From the NCBI GenBank assembly GCA_964016885.1, contig OZ024741.1, positions 359,352,001-359,416,000 of the forward strand: a DNA stretch of 64,000 nt, given 5' to 3'. The notes beneath the pieces are model-generated. The model saw only the letters and a list, made by a program, of their open reading frames with translations. It had not been told where the DNA came from and made no database searches. The translations under genes were made by a program, and so were the position numbers. Every line of letters begins with the position of its first letter. Positions within the stretch are counted from its first letter, which is position 1. The DNA comes from Eledone cirrhosa. Taxonomy: Eukaryota. This document shows, piece by piece, positions 1 to 14,286 of the stretch.

Positions 1-1068
1 TCAGTATGTAGGAAAGGTGTAGGTAGGAACTCCATTGTCTGCCCCAAATGCAAACAATGGGTACACAAGAGATGTAGCAGGATCTAAGGAAGCTTAATTA
101 AGAATGTAGGATTCACATGCAGCAGCTGTGCTGATACAGCAAGCAGCAAACAGCCACAGGAAACAAGTACCACCAATCTCTGGGAGCGCCCTGTAGAAAC
201 AGTAGACAGCTTCTTCTACCTAGGTGACCGAATTAGCAGCGGAGGTGGGTGTTCAGAAAGTACAATAACTAGGGTAAGAACGGGATGGAAGAAGTTTAGG
301 AAACTACTACCACTGCTAGCTGCAAAAGGCTTCTCCCTCAGAATGAAAGGCAGACTGTATGATGCGTGTATCCGAACAGCGATGTTGCATGGTAGTGAGA
401 CCTGGGCGCTGAAGGTGGAAGACTTATGTAGATTAGAGAGAAACGAAGCCTGTATGCTCCGATGGATGTGTAACAGTAATATACATGAACGACAAAGCAT
501 AAGAGGAATCAAATGCTGTGTGCAGGAGAGGCCGTTGCGCTGGTATGGACATGTGATGCGTATGAAGGATGACAGCTGCATAAAAAGGTGCAGAGCACTA
601 GAAGTTGATGGAAACCACGGAGTGGGGAGACCCAAGATGACCTGGGATGAGGTGATAAAAGCCGACCTTGCCCAATTGCACCTCTCAAAGACAATGACAC
701 ACAACCGTGACTTCTGGCGTCACGCAGTAATACAGAGTACCCGACCTCCCATGGGTACAAGCTGAAGCATATAGACAATTGCCCCCACACCCTCCACCGC
801 AAGGTGGTCGTGGAGGTGCCACGGCAAAAAAGCACCCAGCCCACACTGTAAAGTGGACGTGTAGGCGCCACGAAAAAGAACCCAGCACTCACTGTAAATG
901 AGGTTGGTGTTAGGAAGGGCATCCAGCTGTAGAAATCAAGCCAAATCAGTTCCTGTATGAGCAAGGTATGGTCAGCCGACCAGACACTGCCCACAACAGG
1001 ACAACCCGTCTAACCCATGCTAGCATGGAAGAACGGACGTAAAACGGTGATGATGATGATGATGATGA
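1..1068 (+). mobile_element. RTE-clade non-LTR retrotransposon, 3' part with (GAT)n tail
   Basis: RT C-terminal motifs ([48 protein letters not shown]) with stops and frameshifts; 3' UTR ends in a gatgatgat tail at ~1048-1068. Confidence 0.9.
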
Positions 1069-1496
1069 TACAACATTACGTGGTGTAGAATATTATGGAT
1101 ATACAACATTACGTGGTGTAGAATATTATGGATATACAACATTACGTGGTGTAAAATCTTTGGATATACATCATTAAGTGATATAGATTATGGATATATA
1201 ACATTAACTGGTGTAGAATATTATGCAAATACAACAGTAAGTAGTGTACAATATTATGCATATACAACAGTAAGTAGTGTACAATATTATGCATATACAA
1301 CATTAAGTGGTGTACAATATTATGCATATACAACATTAAGTGGTGTAGAATATTATGCATATACAACAGTAAGTAGTGTACAATATTATGCATATACAAC
1401 AGTAAGTAGTGTACAATATTATGCATATACAACATTAAGTGGTGTAGAATACTATGGATATACAACAGTAAGTGGTGTAGAATACTATGGATATAC
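1069..1496. repeat. 33-bp minisatellite, ~13 copies
   Basis: Head-to-tail units of consensus ATATACAACA(T/G)TAAGT(G/A)GTGTA(G/C)AATATTATG(G/C); no unique spacers. Confidence 0.95.
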
Positions 1497-1500
1497 TTAC

Positions 1501-1608
1501 AACAACATTAACCGATGTCCAGTTTATTGGTCGATTTAAACTCTTCACAAGTTGGAATTTTGCAACATTTGATGTTTGTAGCTGAATAGAGTTTCCTTTG
1601 TGATGGAT
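1501..1608 (-). CDS. Secreted alpha/beta-hydrolase gene, exon 9 (IHHKGNSIQLQTSNVAKFQLVKSLNRPINWTSVNVV); gene continues left of the window
   Basis: aaag| acceptor, |gtaagt donor, 108 nt open, phase 0-0 matching exon 8. Confidence 0.75.
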
Positions 1609-1838
1609 CTTTCAATGAAAAGCATATTAATTAAATACAAGTCAGAAAAGAAAAAGGCAACATCCCTTAATTCTTGATAGAGTTGTAGGAGTGTCGTCCT
1701 AATGCATAGCATGTCTTCGTCCCTTTAAATCTGGCAAGGCCCATCCCTCTCTAGGTTGTAACACAACCAATTTCTTCCAGAGAAAGAGAGGGGAAATAAG
1801 AAAGAGATATAAAGGAAGAATCAATCCCTAGTACTAGT

Positions 1839-1980
1839 GAAGGCGCACGGCTTAGTGGTTAGAGCATTGGGCTTGCAATCGAAAGGTTGTGAGTTCAATT
1901 CTCGGACCAGGTGATGTGTTGTTTCCTTGAGCAAGATACTTTATTTCACGTTGCTCCAGTTTACTCAGCTGTAGAAATGA
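1839..1980 (+). mobile_element. tRNA-derived SINE with CORE-like central domain (representative; other copies ~9810-9983, 30005-30120, 45775-45893 on minus)
   Basis: tRNA-like head with A/B-box-like motifs (GGCTTAGTGGTTAG ... GAGTTCAATTC) followed by TCCTTGAGCAAGATACTTTA. Confidence 0.75.
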
Positions 1981-3094
1981 GATGATAGACCTGGGGTCCC
2001 AATCATTAAATTACCCAAGACACCTCCAACAAGATATAACTTGGAGGAGGCCAGCTAAACCTGCATAGGTGTGAGCTGTCACACACACTAGACTGGTACT
2101 TTATTTATCAAACTCGAAAGGAGGAAAGGCAAAGTTGACCTCAGCAAGATTTAAACTCAGTCTGCAGTGAACCGGAATAAATGGTGTAGCATTTAATCTG
2201 AAGCCCAACTGACTATCAATTTATCACCTTAAATACAAGTTAAAATATAAAAAAACCAATAACATTTAGAAATATGTCATTATTATCACTTCCGGTGGAT
2301 TGGCAGTATCGGCAGAGGGTTGGATGCTATGCTTTAAAGCATAGAGTTACGGCCCATTACGGCCTCTCATCCCTATGGGGTCGATAGAATAAAGTACCTG
2401 TAATGCACTGGGATATTTGCCGGCCTTATGCCAAAAGTAGAAACAATTATTATCACTTCCTTTATATATGTTGATACTTAGTCCCTATCTCAATTCACTT
2501 ATTTTATCATGAAAATATAACCTAAGGTCGTGTGACAACTACTTTGTGATAGATTTGTTTGGTAAGTGGTAATTGAGTATATATGTGTAATGACATCCTC
2601 TTTTCTACCTTTCTCTTTCACACAGTGTTGACAAGATATATCCACCCTCTGGCCAGTGAGTCAATGGTATGATATTATAGCTATTTACCTATGTCTCTAT
2701 CTCTCTATATAGCTATCTATTTATCTAGCTATCTATCTATCTAGCTATTTATGTATATTTACCAATAACAACAATAACAACAACAAATCAAAAATCCCAA
2801 TAGCAGTCAGATACATAGATATAACAAAGTCATCATAATTTTGTGAATAAATGTTTGATAATGATTAAAGAAAATATGGAAGAAAACTATTATAACTCAT
2901 TTAAAAACATATAAAATGAAATACAGCAATGGCTGAAATGGCAAGAGGAAGATGGTCAAGGATAATTGAAGATTCAAGATTCTTTACATTATATGTTGTA
3001 ATCAAGAATTTGTTAAATGATTATTTTTTGACAGGTACTATGTTAGTAAGTTAATATTACACATTCAAGTTCTTCTTTTCAATCAGTTCAAATC

Positions 3095-3780
3095 AGCAGC
3101 AACAACAAAGCAGGGTTTAACTTTGTGGACCCTATGACAAACTTATACACTTTGCTCTTTTGTCTGCATCCCCCCCCCCCCTCATCAATTCCCTGACTTT
3201 CATTTCTTCCTCCATCATCCTCTGCCATGTTATTTTAAGTCTTCCACTTCTTCTTTCCACATTCATTTCCAACACTCCTCTCACACAATCACTTCATCCT
3301 TCCTCAAGCCATCTTATTCCATTTCTTTTAACACCATTCATCATTGGCTCTATTCCCATTAGTCTTTTCAATCAGTCACTTTCATTCTTAAAACATGATC
3401 CAGCCACCTGATTCCATTTTTCTTCACAGCATTCATCTCTGGTTCTATTCCCATTATCCCCTGCAATTCATTGTCTTCCTCTCTCTCAGCAATACTCCAC
3501 TCATCCAGACTATTCTCGGTTTCATTTCGTTCTTTCCAGCTTTTTCTGCTCTCCTCTTTCACCACCCATGTCTCGTTCCCATAAATCATGAATAGAAGCT
3601 CCCCTGAACCGTTTCCAGCCTGATCTCACTCTAGCTTACTTTCAGAACATCCACCCCACTGCTAATTAGGTCAACCAAGTAACAGAAGTTGTCAATGACT
3701 TCCAGGGAGCCATCTGAGCATTTGATAGAGCGTTTTGTGTGAGCTCTTGCTGTTTACTGCTCCTCTTGCCGTATACAAAG
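3095..3780 (-). mobile_element. Degraded RTE LINE fragment
   Basis: Minus-strand remnants IYGNETWVVK, IRWLDHVLRM; FCYLVDLISSG. Confidence 0.7.
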
Positions 3781-4335
3781 TCTACATTACTAAATCCCTT
3801 CAAATCTTGCTTTATTTTCAAAAGTATCTGAAAATCAGACATTGACTTTCATTAGAAATATGGTAATGAAAGGTTGAAAATGTATATATTTGTCTAAAAA
3901 TCTCCCATCATAATTTTATGTAAGAATCTTCATTATGTTACAAACACCAGTTTAATAATGAAAAAGTTAGTTATATTACTAAATCCCTTCTAATCTTGGA
4001 TTATTTTCAAAATTATTTGAAAATCATAGACAGTATCTTTCATTAGAAATATCATACTGAAAGGGCTAATATAATTTTTCACATTTTACTTAGCCCTGTC
4101 ATTACCATATTTCTGATAAAATTATTCCAATTATTAAGTTGATATTTGTATCAAGAAAAAATTTTTTTTTCTAAAAAATTATATTGGAAGATTAAAATTT
4201 AAATAGGAACCTTCTAAAAGGATGGTTTTGTTTCATGGAACCAGAGATAGTTTTAACACCCACTGTCCTTGCTAGCAAGAGTTGGAAATAAAAATTGCAG
4301 AGTTAAGAAAAGTAATATATTCCTGAGTTACTTAC

Positions 4336-4606
4336 ATCTATGGTGGTTGTTCGGAAAGGTGTTATCTGTTGCAATACACGAATGCCATGGATTGAATCTC
4401 CAAAAGCAGGATTAAGTGTTACCAATGTAAGATGAGCATCTCTCAGATGCTTTGAAGCATCAATTGTATAGTGATTAACACCAGAGCAATGCTCTTTATC
4501 TACACTGCAGCTGCGTGAGCTTTTGCTTAACTCTGGAATGATGCCGTATTTCTGTTCAAATAACCTCAACTGTTGGTCATGTACAGCACCTCCATCATTT
4601 GTAGAC
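4336..4606 (-). CDS. Secreted alpha/beta-hydrolase gene, exon 8 (W-STNDGGAVHDQQLRLF...TLNPAFGDSIHGIRVLQQITPFRTTTID)
   Basis: aaag| acceptor, |gtaagt donor, 271 nt, phase 2-0 completing the TG|G Trp codon from exon 7. Confidence 0.85.
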
Positions 4607-6758
4607 CTTTAAAATGAAGGAGAAAAAAACATGGTTAAAGAAATGTAAAGCTGTTAGATAGGCATGGAAAGTTTGATGCTCACCAAATGAAACATTCTTT
4701 TCAGTGCACTTGTGTTAAAGCCTATCATGCAACTACACTGCATTTGTGCTAACAATTATGCAACTACATGAGAAGGCATCTGGTTTAGGGTGTTGGATAT
4801 TTTTTTAGATAAATATAAATACTTTATCACTTTCATTATCATACCTCTCAAGAAATACATTGCCTGTGTTTCAATTAATTTTGAAACCAAACATTTGAAT
4901 GAATTTAATAAAATAACTAAATTTTTCCTGAGTAAACTGATATTTAGAATATTAAGAAAATGTTCTAAAATTATGATGAAATGTTTAAATATAAGGATTA
5001 ACAAGGGTGATGGATTGGCAAAATTGGTAGAGCATCAAATAAAATGTCATTGCAGTATTTGTTCTGGCTCCTAACATTCTGAGTTCAAATCTCACTGAGG
5101 GGTGAATAAAACAAAGTGTTGTCACTGATTTAATCAACTTTGTCCTTCCCCTAAATTTGCTGGCCTTGTGCCTGAATAAGAAAACAATTTAAAAAGAGTA
5201 ATTTTGTAACATAAATCCAGGGTAAGTTCAGGTAGTTTGGTATCAAGAGTATTAAAACAAGCAGTTTTGTACCAAGCCAATAAGTGAGTCCCTACATTGT
5301 CACATGACCAGCAAGAAATGACAGTCAAGTTTCTCTCAAATTACATTCTTTCATTTTGAAAAATGTGGGACATTAGATAATGTAGTTTGAGATACACTGC
5401 TTGAAAAATACAGGATGGTTATGGCTGGAAAACTTTTAATCAATCAAATGTTTACTTGACCAAGGCTGACCTGGGGCTAAATGTTATTTAAATTAAAATT
5501 TTCCAACATAATCTATATTATAAAAGAGAAGCTGTTTCTCCATCTGTCTGTCTGTCACAACATATATGTAGATGGAGAGAAAAAAGGAAGGAGTGAAAAG
5601 CTGTTGCTGTTGAGAGAGAAACACAATGACAGAGAGAGTATGTGTGCGAAAGACAGATGGATTGTTTAAGACAGATGAATTGTTTATGACATGAGAATGA
5701 AAATGAGAACAGACCTTAAAAAAGACTTTCACTATGATAGGTTGTTGGTGTGTGAGAAAAACATACAGTGAGAGAGAGTGTGTGAAAGATAGATAGTTAA
5801 AGTGTTGTCACCGTAGTAACTAACAAGTTTAAGGAAAGGATGAAAAACTGTTGTTGTTAAGAGAGAAATACAGTGAAAGAGAGAGTGTGAAAGAGAAATG
5901 GATTGTTTACTACATGAGATTAAAGTGATGATGACAGACTTTAAAAAAAAAATACACTATAATGGCAGATAGGTTTTGCTATTTATTGACGCTCCAGTAT
6001 TTATTTTAATACTGTTTCATATTCTACAAAATACTGTTCAACAGTATTCAAACTGTTTATTAATATTCTTTTTAAGCATGTGTGTCTTTCAACATATAGA
6101 CAAGGTAGCATAGACATGAAAAATGGACCACAACAATTGTCCGTCACACTTATATGTATTTATATAATACATAATTATTTTTCTGTGTGTGTGTATTTTA
6201 CTGGTTTTATATAATAATCATTTGTTAAGTGAATTTACAAATATTATCTTAGTAATGAAATAACTTGTGAAGGAACATAACCTAGTACTTAGAGTGTTAG
6301 ACTCGCGATCATAGAAGATTGTGGGTTTGATTCCTGACCAGGCAGTAAATTATGTCTTTAAACAAGACACATCATTTTACATTGTTTTTCATTATAGGAG
6401 TGGGACCTCGTCATTAGAATACCTGGCAAACCTCCTATGAGATATAATCTTATAGGAGGCCAGCTACTTGCAATGATGTTAACTGTAAAAATACAACTAC
6501 GGACAACAGACAAAGAAAAGTGTAATTAAATAAAATTAAATACATATACTCTATAAAAAAATTAAACTCTAAAACTGTTTTTAGTTCTATTGTGACACAG
6601 CAAAATATAAGTGATGTCAGAGTGAGTATTAGCAGTACAGAAGTGGGAGTAGTGGCAGTATAGTGGTGGGAGTAGTGGGAGTAGAGGCAGTGTGGAGTTG
6701 TATTTGAATAATAAATATTTCAAGTGAAAGAAATTGATTTAATGATTGCACATGCATA

Positions 6759-7597
6759 AGAATATATCATATATTGAGTTATAAACTCGAAATAGTCTTT
6801 TACAATTAAATAGCTCAAAGAAGGGAATATTTCCGAAACGTGTAATACAAATGAATATATGAGGGATGAACACTGATACAAGTATACATGTGTTCAAATT
6901 GTAAATGACCAAGTTAGCTAGGTTGAAAAATACTAATTTAAAATAATATGGTTTGCCTGTCTCGATTTAAAAGAATAAATCAATAAAAATAACAAACCTA
7001 TATTTATTTTAAATCGAGACAGGCAAACCATATTATTTTAAATTAGTATTTTTCAACCTAGCTAACTTGGTCATTTACAATTCGAACAGTGTTCATCCCT
7101 CATATATTCATTTGTATTACACAGCTCGGAAATATTCCCTTCTTTGAGCTATTTAATTGTAAAAGACTATTTCGAGTTTATAACTCAATATATGATATTC
7201 TCGGCTCCATACGTAGAGCTAATTTTAGTCCCATAAAACCGGCACGAGTATGAGTCGAGTTAGGCGCTGTGACACATGTGCGTTCAACAACACATATTTC
7301 TCAGTCTTCTTAAGTATTTTGAAGTGAAAGGTACTAATTTTCTGGATACCTGCAGAAGAGCACAGGAATAGTGACTTTCACTTAATAATTGTTGCAAAAC
7401 ATATTTAGAATTTGTCCGAGTATCACAGCCATTGCCAATATAGGTTTGTTATATTTATTGATTTATTATTTTAAATCGAGACAGGCAAACCATATTATTT
7501 TAAATTAGTATTTTTCAACCTAGCTAACTTGGTCATTTGCAATTCGAACACATGTATACTTGTATCAGTGTTCATCCCTCATATATTCATTTGTATA
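6759..7597. repeat. Inverted plus direct triplication of a ~150-240 bp unit (fold-back; possibly a Penelope pLTR-type relic)
   Basis: 6759-6972 is the reverse complement of 7007-7201; a third copy at 7440-7597 is parallel to copy 2 and abuts (TA)n. Confidence 0.85.
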
Positions 7598-9982
7598 TAT
7601 ATATATATATATATTACAGTGTTGTAGTTTGCTTGAAGCATTGCTGAATAGGAAACACAAATTTAAATAATTTTGAAAACCAAACAATGCACTAGAAAGA
7701 AAATTAAAATTGCTAAGATAACATAAGAATCTTACCTTAGCAAATTTAATAACCCCAAATATTTTCGGGTTTAAAACCCATTATCAAGGGAGTATCCCTA
7801 TGAAAGACTTAAAGGATCGATCTGGGTTGACTTGTTTGGAAGGCAGATTTAACTTAAATGGCAATCAGAAATGGCTACTAAATCATTAGAAGACTTTTGC
7901 AATAGATCATAATGGATCGCTCCCATTGACGAATCTCTGTGTCGCAGTCATTCCTTCCCGATGATTCTGGAATTAATACGTGGCTTCTGTGTACTGGGTG
8001 CAACAATTGCACCACAGTGCACAGGATACAGAGAAGAAACCAACAATTTACATTTGGTCTGGGCTAAATTGTTTAACACCCACACATAATCCCTAACTTA
8101 ACATCATCATCATAATAACTAAATGTGTGCGCTCTGAATCACAGACAGGCACTTCATAAATGCAAGTCCCATGAAATCATCAGGCGAGTAGGAAATTTTG
8201 GTGTACTAGCACAAACTCGATACACTTATATATATATGGCTTAGTTCGGATCTAGCTGTCGAAACGGCTGGAGTTCAGCTGTCAGGGTCCTGATTCTTTT
8301 CCTATATATATATACATACACATACATATGTATGTATATATATACACATGCACACACATGCATATGTATGTATACATATCTATACACACACATGTGTATA
8401 TATAATTACCTGACCTGACTTATCTCACAACGGGACAGCTCATCTAACCCATGCTAGTGTGGAAAATGGACATTAAATGGTGATGATATATATATATATA
8501 TGATTGAATACATATAAAAATGAAAAATCTCATCGCTAGAATGGCCGTTAAAACAGCTAAATGCTGTCAAAGACAACGATGGGCGAAAATGTCTCAGAGG
8601 AAACAGACCAGCAGCCAGTGGTCAACAAAGACAATCCACAAGGTGGGTGATTGGCAGATGAAATATAGAAAAGATTGAAAGAGGAGGAAGACAAGGAGAA
8701 GTGTGCTGGCACACAGAAGTGACTGGAAGAAGGAAATAAAGTAAGTTTACATACACACATCTTCACCCTCATCAACTCTCAAACCAGCAAAATGCTTGTG
8801 TACAATTGGATGGCTGCATCTCAATTTCAAGAATTGCCACCACCTGATCCCCCTTTCCTACATGGGTGGCACGAACAAGGATTTACATTCCTTTCTGCAT
8901 ATGCTGCAGTGATGAACGTCACTTCCAATTTGGTTCAGTTTTGTTTGGTGAGTTCTCAAATAACATTGGGGTCCACCAGCCAAGGCACATTGTTTTCCCC
9001 ACTTCTGACAGGAAGAAAAGCCAAAGAGACCATAATCAGCAACATATGCATATGGCTTCTATCATGTCTTCTAAGACAAGCTTTGCTGAGGCAAATCCAG
9101 TCATACTCATTACATATAAATTCATTTGGGGCATCTGAGAATCCAGTTAAAGTAATATAGTATAGACCCTTATGCAAGCCCCTCTTTAATTTTTAAAGCT
9201 CCTAATGAGATTTTTCAAATTCCTGTTTTCCATAAAACACTGCTTTCCTCCAAGACCTGTGACATGATTTGGTATGGATAAATGTGGACTGTGTAGTAGA
9301 AAATGCAGACTTAGTAATTTTCTTAGTGTAGCCAGAGTAAAAAGTGTCAAAAACTAGATTTGTCATCTTAGCAAATTGTAAGCTAAAATTATTTTATCAA
9401 GGAAAATGGGGTACATAACTGGGAGGAGGTGCACATTGTAGAGCTAGTCAAAGGTACAAATCTAAGGCAATGTCTTCCCAGTTATCGTCTTTGATTTTTG
9501 ACTTTATCAAAGCTCTTTTGATGCAGTCTTTATGCCTGAGTTTGGTTTATGCCTTGGCAGTTTGATTTGACTAACTCCTTGTAGTAACTGCTAAGGAATA
9601 CAATGATCTGGCATTCTTACAACATACATATGTATGTCATTTCATCATCATTCATTTCATTTTACGTCCGCTTTTCCCTGCTTGCAAGGGTGGGACAGGA
9701 ACTGATTCTGGCTTGATTTCTACAGCTGGATGCCCTTCCTAACACCAACCTCATTTACAGTGAGTGCTGAGTGCTTTTTTGCCGTGGCACCTCCACGACC
9801 ACTTTGCAGTGGAATGATAGGGACTGGGGTCCTTATCATCTCATTTCTACAGCTGAGTAAACTGGAGCAATGTGAAATAAAGTGTCTTGCTCAAGGAAAC
9901 AACACACCACTCGGTCTGAGAATTGAACTCACAACCTTTCGATTGCAAGGCCAATGCTCTAACCACTAAGCCATGTGCCTCC

Positions 9983-11983
<2,001 letters not shown>

Positions 11984-12219
11984 TAAGGGGGTTTTTTTTA
12001 ATATCCCACAGTAATAAAGTAGATTCTGTATCAACGACAACTTGATTCTCAAAGAGAAACTCCTAACTTTTATACAGTTTTATGAAATTTTCAGCTGATT
12101 AAAAGATGTCTTCACAATCTAAATCATGGAATTTGGGTATACTGGATCAGTAGTTTGCTAAGTAAGGCCCTCAAAATAATCTAAGGTCATGCTTTTCAAT
12201 TTTTAAGAGACCTTCTAGT

Positions 12220-12750
12220 CAGGGCCAGCATTACCATTAAGGCCAATTAGGCAGCAGCCTAGATTGCAGACTTCAAAAAGACATATTACTGAAACTTAAA
12301 TCACAGTATTAAACAAATTTGTATAATTAAATCAAATATATAATTTCCTGCAAGCAATAAAGAAATCACTAAAAATATTTTCTGCACAGCAGCATTGTGG
12401 AAATTTCCCAAGCAGTGGAGAGGGTTGTATGGTGTTATGGCCTGTGAGATGATTTGGTATGGATAAATGTGGACTGTGTAGTAGAAAATGCAGACTTAGT
12501 AATTTTCTTAGTGTAGCCAGAGTAAAAAGTGTCAAAAACTAGATTTGTCATCTTAGCAAATTGTAAGCTAAAATTATTTTATCAAGGAAAATGGGGTACA
12601 TAACTGGGAGGAGATGCACATTGTAGAGCTAGTCAAAGGTACTAAATACTCAGGCTTACCAAATTGTAAGTTAAAATTATTTTACTTGGGGGAATGGGGC
12701 ACACATTGTAAGGCTATCCTAAGGCACTAAATACCCAGGTGCAGGCTCTG
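12220..12750. mobile_element. Probable hAT-type non-autonomous DNA element; ~200 bp nearly identical to 9256-9457, diverged inverted relative at ~20960-21320
   Basis: Begins CAGGGCCAGC...TAGGC...GCCTAG, resembling hAT MITE termini; internal duplication seen directly; right end approximate. Confidence 0.45.
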
Positions 12751-13776
12751 GCTTCACCACCTACCTGAATAATGTGAACAAATGCTTAACGCTGCAAAGC
12801 ATCAGATATTCTAATCTCAGATCAGGTACTGTGCACTGTACATGGTCACAGAGTATTACTTAACTTCTGCAGGTTCTGAAAACCTCTAGTAGGGATTTCA
12901 TGAGTAGTCATAATAAATAATCTTCTTCAAGAATGTGTACAAATATCTGAAGTTGCAGGTCTAGCCAACAGTCACCTATATGGGGTTGAAAACACAATTA
13001 AAGAATAGAATTTAAAAAAAAAAACATTTTAACATGGTAAAGTTTTCCTTTAGTCTAGGCACAATACTTATAATTCATTTGTCTCTATTTATCCTGATTT
13101 GCATGAGTTGGAAGGTTCTTCTCTAATATAGTGTTTCTCTTGGTCTTCCTTTACTTCAGCTTCCTTCCATTGGAATCTCTTGCCACTTCATCCAACGATC
13201 ATCATCCATATGGATCACATGACCATACCAGTGCAGTTCTCTCTTACACATCACAGCTGATTCCTCTTATACCCAGTTTTTCTCTCATCTCACCCAGACT
13301 TCATCCTTCATGCGCATTAACATTACACATCCACCGAATCATGCTCAATTCATTTTTCTCCAGTTTTCACCTGAAAAAAAGATTCTGAGGCATTCATACC
13401 TTTAGAGACATTAAAACCAGTAGTGATGTAGCTAATTTGGTCTCTGTTCTATCAAAGAGTGAAGGTGGGTGACCTATTGATTTGGGTATTGGGCTCAAGA
13501 CAATAAAGTTATAGGTTCAATTCCCAGACCAGGTAATGAGTTGTGTCCTTGAGCAAGGCATTTCATTTTACATTGTTCTAGTTCACTCAGTTGAAAATAA
13601 GTATCAGCCACTGGAAGTTAACTCTTTGATGAACAGGTCTTCTATCCAGAGACGAGTCTTGTACTCTCAGTTGTTTAACATCTATAAAACTGGGATAAGC
13701 TCCAGGCTTTGTCCAATTTAAACAAGCATAGAAAGAAATAGATCTGATAACTCTATTAAAGAACATGCCAAACATA

Positions 13777-14006
13777 TTAACCCTTTTGGTACCAACTTGC
13801 CTGAAACTGCCTCTGGTTCTATGATACATGATAATTTATAAGTTCAAAATTTTATGTAAAGTTTTGTTATATTCTGTTTCGTTACCAACTTAGTTAAGAA
13901 AATGCTTTAATTAGAGTATAAAATCCCTCCACATTCTTGATTATTTTCAAAATTATTAAAAACCATTGGTAATGTCTCTTTAGAAATATAGTAACAAAAG
14001 GGTTAA
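13777..14006. mobile_element. piggyBac-like MITE (representative; many relatives e.g. ~20250-20466, 47585-48022, 63503-63970)
   Basis: TTAA-CCCTTTTG ... CAAAAGGG-TTAA termini (TTAA target site, CCC ends). Confidence 0.7.
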
Positions 14007-14137
14007 TATCTGAAACATCTTAACTCTTAATGTCCTGTAATGATTTAGCAAAAAATATCTAAAAACAGAGTTAATATCTGGAACAACAGTGAGAAACAAC
14101 ACTAAGATATAATCTTTGGTTTTCCTTTCTAACTTAC

Positions 14138-14286
14138 CAAGTATCCCACCACCAATGTTCTTTGCCATTGAGCTCTGTATAGTTGACATATGTCTTCAGT
14201 TCAGAAATCAATCGAAACATCCGCCTTACAAAATATGGGTGAACAGTTCGATCATTTTCACCAATTCTTGCTAACACTGGAATTCC
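14138..14286 (-). CDS. Secreted alpha/beta-hydrolase gene, exon 7 (GIPVLARIGENDRTVHP...NGKEHWWWDT), carrying the putative catalytic Asp and His
   Basis: aaag| acceptor, |gtaagt donor, 149 nt phase 0-2; PVL..IG.ND..V and G..HW motifs of S9-like alpha/beta hydrolases. Confidence 0.9.

Noticed and set aside
1069-1496. 33-bp array as a CRISPR array or repeat protein (ORF 1142-1465)
   Set aside because: No unique spacers, no cas genes, eukaryotic intron; the ORF is a by-product of a unit length divisible by 3
1839-1915. tRNA genes at SINE heads (many copies)
   Set aside because: Degenerate tRNA-like heads continue into SINE body sequence; no clean cloverleaf
8130-8190. Minus-strand CTGATGA followed by a hairpin as a hammerhead or C/D snoRNA
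   Set aside because: No GAAA core after the hairpin, no stem I/III, no convincing terminal D box
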